Of a stretch of 38,213 nucleotides of DNA, positions 17,329-28,200 are shown one piece after another. Source of the DNA: Deltaproteobacteria bacterium. Lineage in GTDB: Bacteria; Myxococcota_A; UBA9042; DTJE01. The notes under the pieces are model-generated. The model saw only the letters and a program-made list of their open reading frames with translations. It had not been told where the DNA came from and made no database searches. Within the stretch, counting starts at the first letter, position 1, and each line of letters opens with the position of its first letter. The translations under genes were made by a program, and so were the position numbers. The stretch is taken from contig JADHTP010000003.1 in assembly GCA_016784945.1 (NCBI GenBank), positions 1 through 38,213 on the forward strand, written 5' to 3'.

Positions 17329-19632
17329 ATGCCGGGGAAGGGACCAATGGAACGGATCACCGGGTGGGTCGTGCGCCTTCGCTGGGTCGTGATCGCGGCC
17401 TTCGTGGGGATCACCGCCTTTTTCGCCGCCCAGATCCCCGACGCCCGGATGGACCCCGAGGTCAAGAACCAGTTGCCCACCGACATGCCGAGCCGGCTGG
17501 ACCTGGACCGGATCGAAGAACTGTTCGGCGGCACCGACATGACCCTGGTCCTCCTGCAGTCCGACGACGTCCTGACCGGCGACACCCTGGGCCGCATTCG
17601 TCGTCTGACGCGGCGATTCGAAAGACTGCGGCCCGTGGACCGGGTCATGAGCCTGTTCACCCTGAAGGACATCCGGGCCGAGGGCGGCGACATGATCGTG
17701 GACCCCGCTGTGAAACGGGTCCCGAAGGACGAGGCGGGCCGCCGGGCCCTGCGTGAGTCCCTCGAACGCAACGAGTTCGTCTACGGAAACGTGGTGTCGA
17801 AAGACTTCACCACGGCCGCCATCATCGTGTTCAAGAAGATGGATGCATCGGACGAGGAACTGTTGTCCCTCGTGGAGAAAGCCATCGAGGAGAACCCCGG
17901 TGACGAGCGGGTGGTGTACGGGGGCATGCCCTTCATCCGGAAGACCATGAGCGAGGACATGCGCCACGACCTGCGGCTGTTCCTGCCGGCGGGCCTCGCC
18001 ATCATGCTGGTGTTCCTGTTCCTGTCGTTCCGCCAGCTGAGGGGGGTCCTGCTGCCTTTCCTGGTGGTGTGCATGGCCATCGTGGTGGGGCTGGGTCTGA
18101 TACCCCTCCTGGGTTGGAAGATCCAGATGGTCACCATCATTCTGCCCGTCATCCTCATTGCCGTGGCCAACGACTACGGGATCCACCTCATGGCGGCCTA
18201 CCAGGAAAACAACCAGCCGGGCAGGGGCCTGGATCGCAAGGGTCTGGCGCTGGTGGTGGGTTCGACCCTGGGCAAGCCCATCGTCGCCACGGGCGTCACC
18301 ACCATGGCGGGCCTGTTGTGCCTGATGGCCCACGAAGTGGTACCGGCCGAGAGGTTGGGCATCCTGTCGTCGGCCGGCATTGCCTTCGCGCTGCTGGCCA
18401 GCCTGGCCTTCGTGCCGGCGGTACTGTCCCTGTTGCCAGTGGCCGCGCCGGTGACCACTGCGGCCAGCGGCGAAGCCGGCGCATCGGGCCTGGAGAAACT
18501 GCTGATCTGGAATGCCCGCCTGGTGACGCGACACCCGGGCGCGGTGACCGGGGTGTCGGCGGTGCTCCTGGCCGTCTTCGCGGTGGGGATCTTCTGGTTG
18601 CGGGTGGACACGAACCCGGTGAACTACTACACGGCCGATTCCCCGGTGGTGGAGTCCGCCGACCTGGTGAACCGTCACCTGGGCGGCGTGAACAGCGTGT
18701 CCGTGGTGGCACAGGGGGACATCAAGGATCCGGCCGTCATGGCGCGGATCGACGACCTGGAACGGTCGTTCGGCAGATTGCCCATCGTGGGCCACACTAG
18801 TTCCCTGGCGCGGACCCTGCGCAAGATGAACCGGGTCATGAACGGGGACGACCCGGCCTTCGATAAGGTGCCCGACTCCCGCAAGGCCATTGCGCAGTAC
18901 CTCCTGCTGTACTCCATGAGCGGGGACCCCGAGGACTTCGAGCGGCTGGTGGACTTTCCCTACGAGCACGCCCTGGTCACGGCCCGGATCAAGACGGCCA
19001 GCAGCCGGGACTTCGCCGACGTGGCGCAATTCGCCCGGGACGCCGCAAACCGGGATGACAGCGGCACCTTCACGAGGGTGAGCGGGTTCGCCGTGGTCTA
19101 TGCGGACCTGGTGGACGCGGTCATCGACGGCCAGTTGCTGAGCCTGGCCCTGTCCGTGCTCCTGGTGGCTCTCATGGTCTCCCTCCTGTTGCGGTCCCCC
19201 ACGGCGGGGCTGTTGACCCTGGTTCCGCTGGGCCTGGCCGCGGCATCACTGTTCGGACTGATGGGTCTGCTGGGCATCGAGCTCAACCTGATCACGGCCA
19301 TGCTGTCGTCCATCATGATCGGGGTGGGCGTGGACTACACCATCCACTTCCTGTGGCGCTATCGCGAAGAAAGGCGTGGTGGGTCCGACCCCGTCACGGC
19401 CATGGTGACCACCCTGACCACCACCGGCCGAGGCATCGTGTTCAACGCCCTGTCGGTCATCGTGGGATTCACGGTGACCTTCGGTTCGTCCTTCCTGCCG
19501 GTCCGCTATTCGGGGTTCCTGATCGTGGTGTCCATCGGCATGTGCCTGCTGGGCGCCCTGCAATTGCTGCCTGCTGTGGCCCTGTTGACCCGGCCCCGTT
19601 TCCTGGAACCGCCCGCCCCGCCTAGACAATGA
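17329..19632 (+). CDS. MMPL/RND family lipid exporter
   Basis: Two repeats of TM1 + periplasmic domain + TM bundle, with NDYGIH and GVGVDYTIHF proton-relay motifs. ATG 17347 is an alternative start. Confidence 0.9.
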   Translation: MPGKGPMERITGWVVRLRWVVIAAFVGITAFFAAQIPDARMDPEVKNQLPTDMPSRLDLDRIEELFGGTDMTLVLLQSDDVLTGDTLGRIRRLTRRFERLRPVDRVMSLFTLKDIRAEGGDMIVDPAVKRVPKDEAGRRALRESLERNEFVYGNVVSKDFTTAAIIVFKKMDASDEELLSLVEKAIEENPGDERVVYGGMPFIRKTMSEDMRHDLRLFLPAGLAIMLVFLFLSFRQLRGVLLPFLVVCMAIVVGLGLIPLLGWKIQMVTIILPVILIAVANDYGIHLMAAYQENNQPGRGLDRKGLALVVGSTLGKPIVATGVTTMAGLLCLMAHEVVPAERLGILSSAGIAFALLASLAFVPAVLSLLPVAAPVTTAASGEAGASGLEKLLIWNARLVTRHPGAVTGVSAVLLAVFAVGIFWLRVDTNPVNYYTADSPVVESADLVNRHLGGVNSVSVVAQGDIKDPAVMARIDDLERSFGRLPIVGHTSSLARTLRKMNRVMNGDDPAFDKVPDSRKAIAQYLLLYSMSGDPEDFERLVDFPYEHALVTARIKTASSRDFADVAQFARDAANRDDSGTFTRVSGFAVVYADLVDAVIDGQLLSLALSVLLVALMVSLLLRSPTAGLLTLVPLGLAAASLFGLMGLLGIELNLITAMLSSIMIGVGVDYTIHFLWRYREERRGGSDPVTAMVTTLTTTGRGIVFNALSVIVGFTVTFGSSFLPVRYSGFLIVVSIGMCLLGALQLLPAVALLTRPRFLEPPAPPRQ

Positions 19633-20185
19633 CATCGAACAGGAAGGCCGCGGCCAGGACCGGGGGGAGCAGTCCGAGCAGGGTCCCCAGCAGGTAATCC
19701 CGAAAGCGTACGTCCGACAGGGCCAGGGCGTAGGTCACGGGCGGGGCCAGCAGAGTGATCAGGCGCAAAAGCGCCACCGACGCCACGGGTCGGGCGTCGA
19801 GGCGGGCCAGCATCCGTTTCACCAGGGGCCACTCGATGTGCCTTGCCGCCCGTCCGCCGATGGCCCGGAAGAACCAGAATCCCGCCGTCAGGGCGACCAG
19901 GGCCCCTCCGAAGGCCAGGATGAAGCCCGTCACGGGCCCCCACAGCAGGAAGGCGGTGGCCACGAATATCAGGCCCGGCACCTGGACGAACTGACTGGCG
20001 CAGAAAAGGGCCAGGTAGACTACGTAACCCCAGGCTCCCGCGGCCTCCACCCGGGCCCGCACGCCGTCGGCGTTAGCCTCGTCCAGGAACCCGCCCATGC
20101 GGGCCGCCACGAAGACCACCCCCACCACGCCCAGGGCGATGAAGGGGCGGAGTTTCTCCACACGTGCTCTGGTCCTGTCTTCCAA
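19622..20185 (-). CDS. TVP38/TMEM64 (VTT/DedA superfamily) membrane protein
   Basis: VPG...A..LWGP..G, F...R..G, LLRL and F.DYLLGT..GLLP motifs. Confidence 0.85.
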   Translation of the reverse strand: MEDRTRARVEKLRPFIALGVVGVVFVAARMGGFLDEANADGVRARVEAAGAWGYVVYLALFCASQFVQVPGLIFVATAFLLWGPVTGFILAFGGALVALTAGFWFFRAIGGRAARHIEWPLVKRMLARLDARPVASVALLRLITLLAPPVTYALALSDVRFRDYLLGTLLGLLPPVLAAAFLFDVIV

Positions 20186-20192
20186 AGGCCGG

Positions 20193-21812
20193 CTACTCCC
20201 CCCACCTCGACGGGTCTTTCACCGCTTCACAGTCCACAAAGCCGATGCCCGCCGGGTTCTTGAAGGGGGACCAGCAGTATTCCAGGAGGTGGGCCATGTC
20301 CTCGATGCGGATCAGGTGGGACTCGTGTTTCGGGTACATGCCGCCGTCGCGGAAGTTGTACACCCCGTCGGGGACCGAGTCGTCCCACAGGTCCCAGCGG
20401 GGAAAGTCGGAATAGGCTTCCACGGTGGCCAGGTGCACGGTCTGGATGTGCCGGGCCTCCTCCGCGGTCAGCGGATAGCCCAGGCTGGCTGCCATCAGGA
20501 GGAGCCGCGACATGTCCCTTTCCCAGTTGTCGCTGGACCGACCGGGTTCCTTGGATGCCGGGTCCCGATAGCGCTCGATCCGGGTGATCAGCCCCTCCAC
20601 CAGGGCCTTTGCAACCACCGGGTGGCCCGTGGTCAGCGCCAGGGCCACGGCGGCCATGTGGAACTGGTCGATGATGTCGTAGTTGAAGTAGTTGCCCGCA
20701 CCGGCAATGGCGTCGTAGGGGCTGCCCTGGCCGGACCCGCACTCCTGGTCCCGGGTGTCGCCGTATCCCAGCAGGGCCGTGGCAAGGCGAGGGTCGCACT
20801 CGGCGTCGGGAATGAAATCGATGTAGTTGACGAAGCTGTCCAGGTCCTGGTCATCCACGTGGACGGGCTTTCCGTCGGCGTCCTTGGTCCGGATCAGCCA
20901 CCCGTGGTCCACGATGTCCCGGGCGAAGAGCACCAGCAGGTCCAGCGCCTCCCGGGCCGACGCCTTGATGCCTTCATCGGGCGCCAGTTCGATCACGTAG
21001 GGCAGCCAGGCCGCCACCCGGTAGAAGTAGGGCACATCGTCCTTGGACCGCTTGTTCGTGACCCAGATGTCCCCCCAGGTGGGGTTGTTCTCATAGCGGA
21101 ACCGATCCGCGTTCCAACCCTCGTAGGGGAAGTACCACTCGGTGTAGTCCACGGCCTTCTTCTTGCCGCTGGGCAGCGTGAATGCGTGATTCAGGGTGAT
21201 GATGTTCCGCGACATCAGGTGCTCGATGGTGTCCTTGTCGTCGTAGACCATCCCCTTCATGGTGGCTGTGATGGACTTGGTGAACTGGTCCACCACCAGT
21301 CCCATGGCAGGGTCCCCTGTCGTGAGGTAGCCGCCGATGGCCTGTCCCAGCAGCAGCATGGTGGGTTCGGCATTGTTGTGGCTGCCCCCGTCGGCGGCGC
21401 TGTTGGTGAAGGTGACCGTGTCCCCCACCTTCACGGCCTTCACATCGTGCCACCAGATCAGGTAGTCGGGCTTGCCCGTGGAGGCGTCGTTTCCGTGGGT
21501 CGTCTCGTAGAGCCAGGTGAAGAGGTCCACCTGTTTCCAGAACCCGGTCATGGCCCGGGTGAAGTCCGCGATCTCGGCCGTCGACAGGGGATCTCCCGGG
21601 TCCTGCCGCGAGAGTTCGAAGGGCAGTGACAGAGGCAATCCTTCGGGCGTGGTCCGGGGCACCTCCGGCGTGGTCACGTCCTCGCCGGGGGCCGGGATGT
21701 CGTCGGCCCCGTCCATCATCGCGTCCGCGGGGTCAACCGCGTCGCTGTCGGATCCACAGGCCAGGGCCAGCAGGGTGATCGCCGTGACGGCACATCGCGT
21801 CGAATACTTCAT
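20193..21812 (-). CDS. Hypothetical lipoprotein, aromatic-rich, possibly an alpha-helical carbohydrate-active enzyme
   Basis: ATG 21812 follows AAGGA. Lipobox LALAC, an acidic linker and a ~480-aa globular region. No family motif recognised. Confidence 0.7.
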   Translation of the reverse strand: MKYSTRCAVTAITLLALACGSDSDAVDPADAMMDGADDIPAPGEDVTTPEVPRTTPEGLPLSLPFELSRQDPGDPLSTAEIADFTRAMTGFWKQVDLFTWLYETTHGNDASTGKPDYLIWWHDVKAVKVGDTVTFTNSAADGGSHNNAEPTMLLLGQAIGGYLTTGDPAMGLVVDQFTKSITATMKGMVYDDKDTIEHLMSRNIITLNHAFTLPSGKKKAVDYTEWYFPYEGWNADRFRYENNPTWGDIWVTNKRSKDDVPYFYRVAAWLPYVIELAPDEGIKASAREALDLLVLFARDIVDHGWLIRTKDADGKPVHVDDQDLDSFVNYIDFIPDAECDPRLATALLGYGDTRDQECGSGQGSPYDAIAGAGNYFNYDIIDQFHMAAVALALTTGHPVVAKALVEGLITRIERYRDPASKEPGRSSDNWERDMSRLLLMAASLGYPLTAEEARHIQTVHLATVEAYSDFPRWDLWDDSVPDGVYNFRDGGMYPKHESHLIRIEDMAHLLEYCWSPFKNPAGIGFVDCEAVKDPSRWGE

Positions 21813-21831
21813 GGTCGTCCTTTTGTCGAAA

Positions 21832-22206
21832 CTAGAGGTAGTTCCAGGCGCACTTCCCGTCCACGCAGGCGAAGCCGTCCGCGGCGGGGCAGTCGTCGGC
21901 ACCGCTGCACTGGGCCACCTGGGCCAGCAGCGACTGCCAGGTTTCGAACCACTGGGCGCAGGTGCAGGTCACGCAACCCTCCACCGGGTCCCATCCCTGG
22001 CCCGCGCCGCACTCGCACTGGGAGATGCACACACCCGGGCAGATGGTCTGGACGGGCTTGCCGCAGGTCCAGGGGCCGCACCCCGACCCACAGTCGTTCC
22101 ACTGGCCCCGGGGAGGCGTTCTTCCCACTGCACGAAAAGAATAGGTGTTTTGCGTCGCCAAGACAATTGAGACCGACGGTCTGGCCGGCGTGGCCCAGGA
22201 CACCAT
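21832..22206 (-). CDS. Small Cys-rich protein with a TIL (trypsin inhibitor-like) pattern; possibly a 5'-truncated remnant
   Basis: WNDCGSGC..TC.x6.CPGVC..QCEC..G.x6.GCV. No signal peptide is evident, and the first TIL Cys is missing. Confidence 0.5.
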   Translation of the reverse strand: MVSWATPARPSVSIVLATQNTYSFRAVGRTPPRGQWNDCGSGCGPWTCGKPVQTICPGVCISQCECGAGQGWDPVEGCVTCTCAQWFETWQSLLAQVAQCSGADDCPAADGFACVDGKCAWNYL

Positions 22207-22212
22207 CGAAAT

Positions 22213-25200
22213 CTAGTCTTGCCAGTCCCTTTCCACCTTCAGGCGGTGACCGGCGCTGTAGGCGTTGAATTCCGGAGCATACATGGGCTGGGCCGTGGCC
22301 GGGCTGACCTTGAAGGAACCGGCGTGAGCGGCGCGCACGCGGTACTTGAAGGTGTGTTCGCCCTGGGGCAGCCACTCGAAGAAGAAGTTCTGGCCACTGT
22401 CGCGGACCTCTTCGTAGTAGTACAGGCCCAGGTCCCACCGGTGCCGTGAGATCTGGCTGACCGGTTCGAATCCCGCGCCCCGGGGATCCCGCAGGTGGAC
22501 GTATTCCATGGGGTGCTTCGCTCGCAGGGACACCTGCACCTCCACTTCGTCGCCGGGTTGCAGGCTCGCCCCGTCCTCCAGAGGTTCCAGCGTGATGGTC
22601 TTGCCGGTCTTGACCCGCTTGAAGAAGGTGCGGGTCACGGCCAGGAAGTCACCCCGGGCCTCCTCGGGCAGCTTTTCCGTGCTGAAGTGCCAGGTGGCCG
22701 ATGCGAACAGGTGTCCCCTGGTGGCCTTTTCCACGGTGACGGTGTGGTGCTTCGCCCCGTTCACCTCATCGCCGGGAATCACGATCTGGTTCTTCTTCCC
22801 TGTGTATTCGTCGGGTTCGAACGCGAAGTGGGTGACCCGGTCGCCCACGGTCACGTCCACCGCCTCGCGCACGGCCAGTTGTTCCGTGGCCTGCAGGTAG
22901 TGGGCGAGGCTGTACACCACCTCGGCCGTGGCCTTCGTGGACTTCCAGTGGTTCAGTTTCTTGTTCAGGAAGATCCACAGGACCAGGCCGTCCAGCCTGG
23001 CGTTCTTCGGGTCCAGTTCCATGAGGGTGCGGATGGCGAAGGCGTGGGTTTCGATGGTGTCGTTGTACCACAGCCATCCCCGGTCCTCTGGGGCCCAGAA
23101 GGTGCCCTGGTCCTTTTTCGTCTTCGCCGAATCCATCACGCTTTCCCACACCAGGAGGGCGTCCTTCTTCCGGTCCATGCGCGCCAGCGTGAGGGACAGG
23201 TAGCCCTTCAGGTAGGGCGCGTGGTCCTTCCAGTGGCGAAAGCTGAAGTCCAGCATGGTCTGGCGTTCCGCAGCGGTGAACACGCCGCCGGTCCAGGAAT
23301 CGTCGGGGTAGGCGCTGATCACGTAGTTCAGGAAGGCGATGAACTCCCAGCAGCAGTCGTGGGTCATCATGTTCTTCACCAGCTCGTTCACGTAGTGCCG
23401 GTGCATGTAGGCCCAGGCCTTCCGGATCATCTGCTTCGGCACGTCCACCTGGAACTCCAGGCCCTTGGAGAAGCCGTGGAGGATGTACAGGGTCATCCAG
23501 GGGGAGGGCCGGCCACCCGGGAACCACGGGAAGGCGCCGCTGGACGTCTGGGCCTTCTTCAATTTGGCCAGCGCCCCGTTGCGCTGGGCCTTGGCGATGC
23601 GCGGGTCCAGCACGTTCAGCAGGTCGCCCGGGTCCTCGGGGCCGCCCTTGGCCTGCTGCAGCCAGGGGATCTCCTCCAGGGCCATCTTGCGGTTGGGATC
23701 GGCCGCGTCCCAGGTCTCCAGCCGGGTCTCGCGCTGCGAAAGCTTCTTTCCCATGCGCTTGAGCGCCGGGTACTGATCATAGAAGGATGACACGATCCCC
23801 GTGGACAGGAACCGGTTCAGGGTCTGCTCCGTGCATTCGTAGGGATAGTTCACCAAGTAGGGCAGGGCCGACAGGACCTGGTAGAACATCTGGGCGTCCA
23901 CCGTCACCACCAGTTGGTCGTGGATCAGGCTGGGGTCGTCGCTCCTCTTCATGTCATCGAAGGTCATCACGCGTTTTTCGCGGTCCTTCAGGGTCACGAA
24001 CCGCGACTGGGCCAGGTGGAACCGTCCGGGCAGCACCGGGATGGGACGCAGTTCGCCGTCGCTGAAGTCACCGGACATGGCGGAGATCCGGAAGGCCACC
24101 GTGCCCACGCGGTTGGGGGCCTTCACCGGGAACGTCAGGCTGGTCCCACCGCCGGCCTTCACCGTGAAAGGCCTGTCCGTCACGTCGGCGGCCCTGAGGC
24201 CGAATTCCCCCAGCAGGCTCTTTTCGGTGTCGGGATCGATGATGTCAAAGGTCAGGCGGCCCGCCATCTCCGCGTCGGAGGCGTTGTTGACCACCACCTT
24301 CAGCAGGGCGTCGTCCCCCTCCCGCAGGAAACGCGGCAGGTAGGGCCGCACCATGAGGTCCTTGACCGTTCTGGCCTCCTTCTTCACCAGCCCCGATTTC
24401 AGGTCCTCGGTGACCGCGTGGACCCAGATGTTCCAGGAGGTGACCGAATCGGGCACGGTGAACTCGATGGAAGCGGAGCCGTCGGGCCCCGTGACCAGGT
24501 GGGGCTCGAAGAAGGCGGTCTCCGAAAAGTCGCTGCGCATCTGGACCGCGGGCGGTTGCGGGCCGCCCATTTGACCGTCCACGTCATCCCCGTGACCCGA
24601 TGCCTTGGTCTTGTCCGCGAACCGTCCGTCAGCCTTTGTTTCGCCGGCCATCAGGTTGCCGGAGACCTCGGCCTCCTCGGCCACGGACATGTCCATGGAC
24701 ATGGTCTGCCGGGACACTTCCGGTGCGGCGGCCGCGGGCATGGACCTGGCGTGGAACATGCCTCGCCCGGATCCCCCGCCCCCGCGATATCGCCGCCTTC
24801 CCGGACCACCGATGCCGTATCCGCCAAAGAACACCAACTGGTCCTCCTGGAGGTGCGGGTAGGAGGGGAGCGGTGCGAACCCGTTGCTTTGAACCCAGAT
24901 CAGGCGGGCCTGGCCCAGGCTTGACCGCGCCTGCACGGCGCCGGTACGGGCGGGAAAGATCGACTGGGGTGACGCCGGGGAGTGGGCCGCAAAGAGGTCC
25001 AGGGAACGGTCGTACATGTAGGCCAGCACCTCGGCCGCCGATACCGCCGTGTCCCGGCCGGCCGGTCCGGTCACCTTCACGGTCCATTTTTCCTTTGAGC
25101 CGGGCTTCAGAAGGTCGCGGAAGGTGGAGAAGGCGACCTTCAGTTCCTTGTTGTCCCAGGGTACGAAGACCGATTGGGTGAAGCTCATGGTCTGGTGGTC

Positions 25201-28200
25201 GCGGACCGCGGTCAACGTGATGCCGAAGCCGCCACGGTGGTCCTCGGTCACGGGGATCTCGATGAGGGTGGCGTCCCTTCCCGATGTCAGGAGGCGTCGA
25301 TCCACGCGCTTGGAGGCCCGGTAGACGTCCAGGGTCATGGGCTGGTCGTACAGACCGGACACCACCAGGATGCGGGCCGTGCCGCCCACTTTCACGCTGG
25401 GCTTCTCCACCAGGAGGATCGCCGGCAAGGACAGCCGTGAACGGGTGCCCGCCACCACGATTTCCCGTGACATCTCGTATTTCGCGCCGAAGGGATCCGT
25501 GGTCTGGTAATGCAGTCGGTAGGCGCCCGGGTCCAGTGCTGGCAAGGTGACCAGGGCCTCCCCCTGCTTGCCGTGCTCCAGGCGTCCGCGGGAAAGGGTG
25601 CGTCCGTCCTTCCACTCGCGCATCACCGCCTCGGGCCGGTAACCGGGATTCCACCGGGGACGCAATCCGTCCCCCGGGGTCTTGAATTTCTGGCTGGTTC
25701 CGGGCGCCGTATGGACCGGCTGGTGGGCGGGGAGGAGGGTCCTGCGGTCCTGCCGCAGCGAGGTCAGTCGCCAGGTGCCCCTGCCGGGTGCGGGTGTCCC
25801 GTCCAGGTCCGAGCGGATCAGCTTGAGTTCCGAGGATCGGCCTTCCACGAGGAAGCCCGCGTCCATCACCAGTGAGGCCTCCACGGCCACGAAACCGAGC
25901 CGGAAGGACCGGGATGTCGTCCGTGTTTCGCCCCCTTCGTCGGTCACGTCCACGGAGATCGAATACCGGTAGGTGAGGTCGGACGCGCCATCGCCCAGCC
26001 TTTCGTCAGCCTCGGGCGTGAATTCCACGGGGAAGTTCCCGTTTTCATCCAGTTGGGAAGTGCCCGTGGCCACGGTCTGTGAACCCGCGGTTTTCGTGGA
26101 TCCCCAGCCGTACCAGTACCACCACCAGGGGTACACGGCTTCCCTGACCACCCGCCAGTTCGCCGTTCCGTTGGTCACGGGCAGGCCGAAGTAGTACTTC
26201 ACCTCCCCCTTGAGCTTCGCGGGCCGGTTCAGACGGAGGGGATCCTCGGAGTCCAGGAGCCTGGCTTCGAATGTGGGCCTCTTGTACTCTTCCACCTGCA
26301 CCCAGGCGACCCCGCTCAGGGAACTCTGGACCCGCCATCGACCCAGCATGCGGCCCGCCGGGATGTTGAACTCCCCGGACGCCGTTCCGAAGGTGTTGGT
26401 GACCGCGGTCAGGGACTCCACGGTCTGGCTGTTGGCGTCCAGCAGGGACACGGTGATCTTCCTGGACGGGGCCGCCCGGTAGTCCGCCTCGTCGTGCCGG
26501 CCACGATAGACAACGGCCTTCCACAGCAGCTTCTGGGACGGTCGGTAGATGCTGCGGTCGGTGTACACCAACGTGGCGGTTCGTTCCGGTTGCGGGTTCT
26601 GGCGATAGAAATAGAGGTAGCTCTCGTCGATGGCCACCTGCGGGCCCTTCCTGGCAAAGGTGAAGTGCTGCTGGTTGGTCTTCAACCGCTTGAACACGGC
26701 CGTGCCGTCGACGCCGGTCTTCTTCGTGGCCACCCGGCGGTGGCCCTTGTTCCAGTTGTAGGCGTACAGGGACACGCTCGCATTCTCTACCGGCTTCCCG
26801 GTGGCGCCCGATCGCACCGTGACCTCCACCTCGCCGCTCTGTTGGCGGGTCAGCAGCACCAAATCCCCGATCACCAGGGGCACGGCCACGATCCGGTTGT
26901 CGGCCTTGCGGAAATCCTTGTCCGCGGACACCGCCACCACGTACAGGCCGGGCTTGTCCATCGGGGGCGTCACCCAGGCCCTATGGTGTCGGAAGTCCGG
27001 GGTCGCGGCCAAGTCCACGGACCACTCGTGGGTGGGCCGGGCGCCATGGACCAGGCGGTTGGCCTTGCGGTAGTCGGGCAACAGGTTCCAGTCGTCGGAG
27101 GATTCCACCTGGCGTTTCAGGTTCACCGGGTAGGCCCGCAGGTACAGGGTCTTCAGGTTCTTGTAGTTGATGCCCATGCTGCGTTTCCGGGGCCCGTCAC
27201 TCTTCATGGACTCCAGGTTGTAGTCCGGGGCCTCGATGGACTTGACCATGTGCAGGCAGCGCTGTCCGCCCACGCTGTCGGGCCAGGCCTCGTGTCCCTT
27301 CAAGGCGATGCGCCGGGCCCGTATCAGGGCGTCGGGCTCGTCCAGTTGCTGTACGAAACCGGCCAGTTGCGCCCTGCCCATGGCGGACCAGGGGCGGTCG
27401 GCCATGGCGGGAATCCGCTTTTCCAGGTGGGCGCGGATCACGGCGCGGTCGGTGCCTTCCGTGAAGGCGGCGTGGAGCCGTCGCAGGCGTTCCAGGCGTG
27501 CTTCGAAGGCCCCGTTCCTGTTGCCGGAGGCGGTGTGCCAGGATTCGAGGTCTTCCAGCACCGCTACCACCCGGACCAGGGGGTGGGCGGTCCTGTTGCC
27601 CACGATCCGGGGCCTCTCGCCGGGCTTGGAACGCAGGAGATCTTCCAGGTCCAGTCGCCATGTCTCGTTGCTCTGTTCTGGGGTCCATCCCTGGGTGTCG
27701 GAAAGGGTGGCCACGAACAGGTAGGACACCGCGTCACGAAGCGTGGGCCGGATCCCCTCGGGGTAGCCGTTGGGGGTCATGATTTCCTTCAATGTGTCCC
27801 GCGGCAGGGTGCCCAGGACGGCCCGGTTGGACCAGACGGACAGGTAGGCGTCCTTCGCGGCGTCGTGGATCTGGTGCATGGTCCATCGTTTCAGGTCTAC
27901 TTCTTCCGACGACATCACCCGTTCCCGCCGGTTGATTTCCCAGGAATAGGACTGGGCGTAGGTGGTCAGGGAGCGGGCATAGAAAAGGGACAGGGCGGCG
28001 TGTGCCAGTGGTTGTGACGGCCATTCCTGGTCCTTCAGGAAGCGCACCGCGGCTTCGTAGCCGTGTAGGGCCGTGCGCAACTGGACCCAGCGGATGAGGC
28101 TCCGGGCCCATTCCTTGTCGTCACCCGTGGTGACCGCGTCCGCCAGGATCCCCTCCACCACCTTGGATGCCTTTTCGTACTTCTGTTCGCTGATCAGCTG

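Noticed and set aside
15088-19029. 1313-aa antisense ORF, and other long shadow ORFs such as 509-1567, 20097-21629 and 26494-28017
   Set aside because: They mirror well-supported genes on the opposite strand, have no motifs, and are expected from high-GC codon bias.
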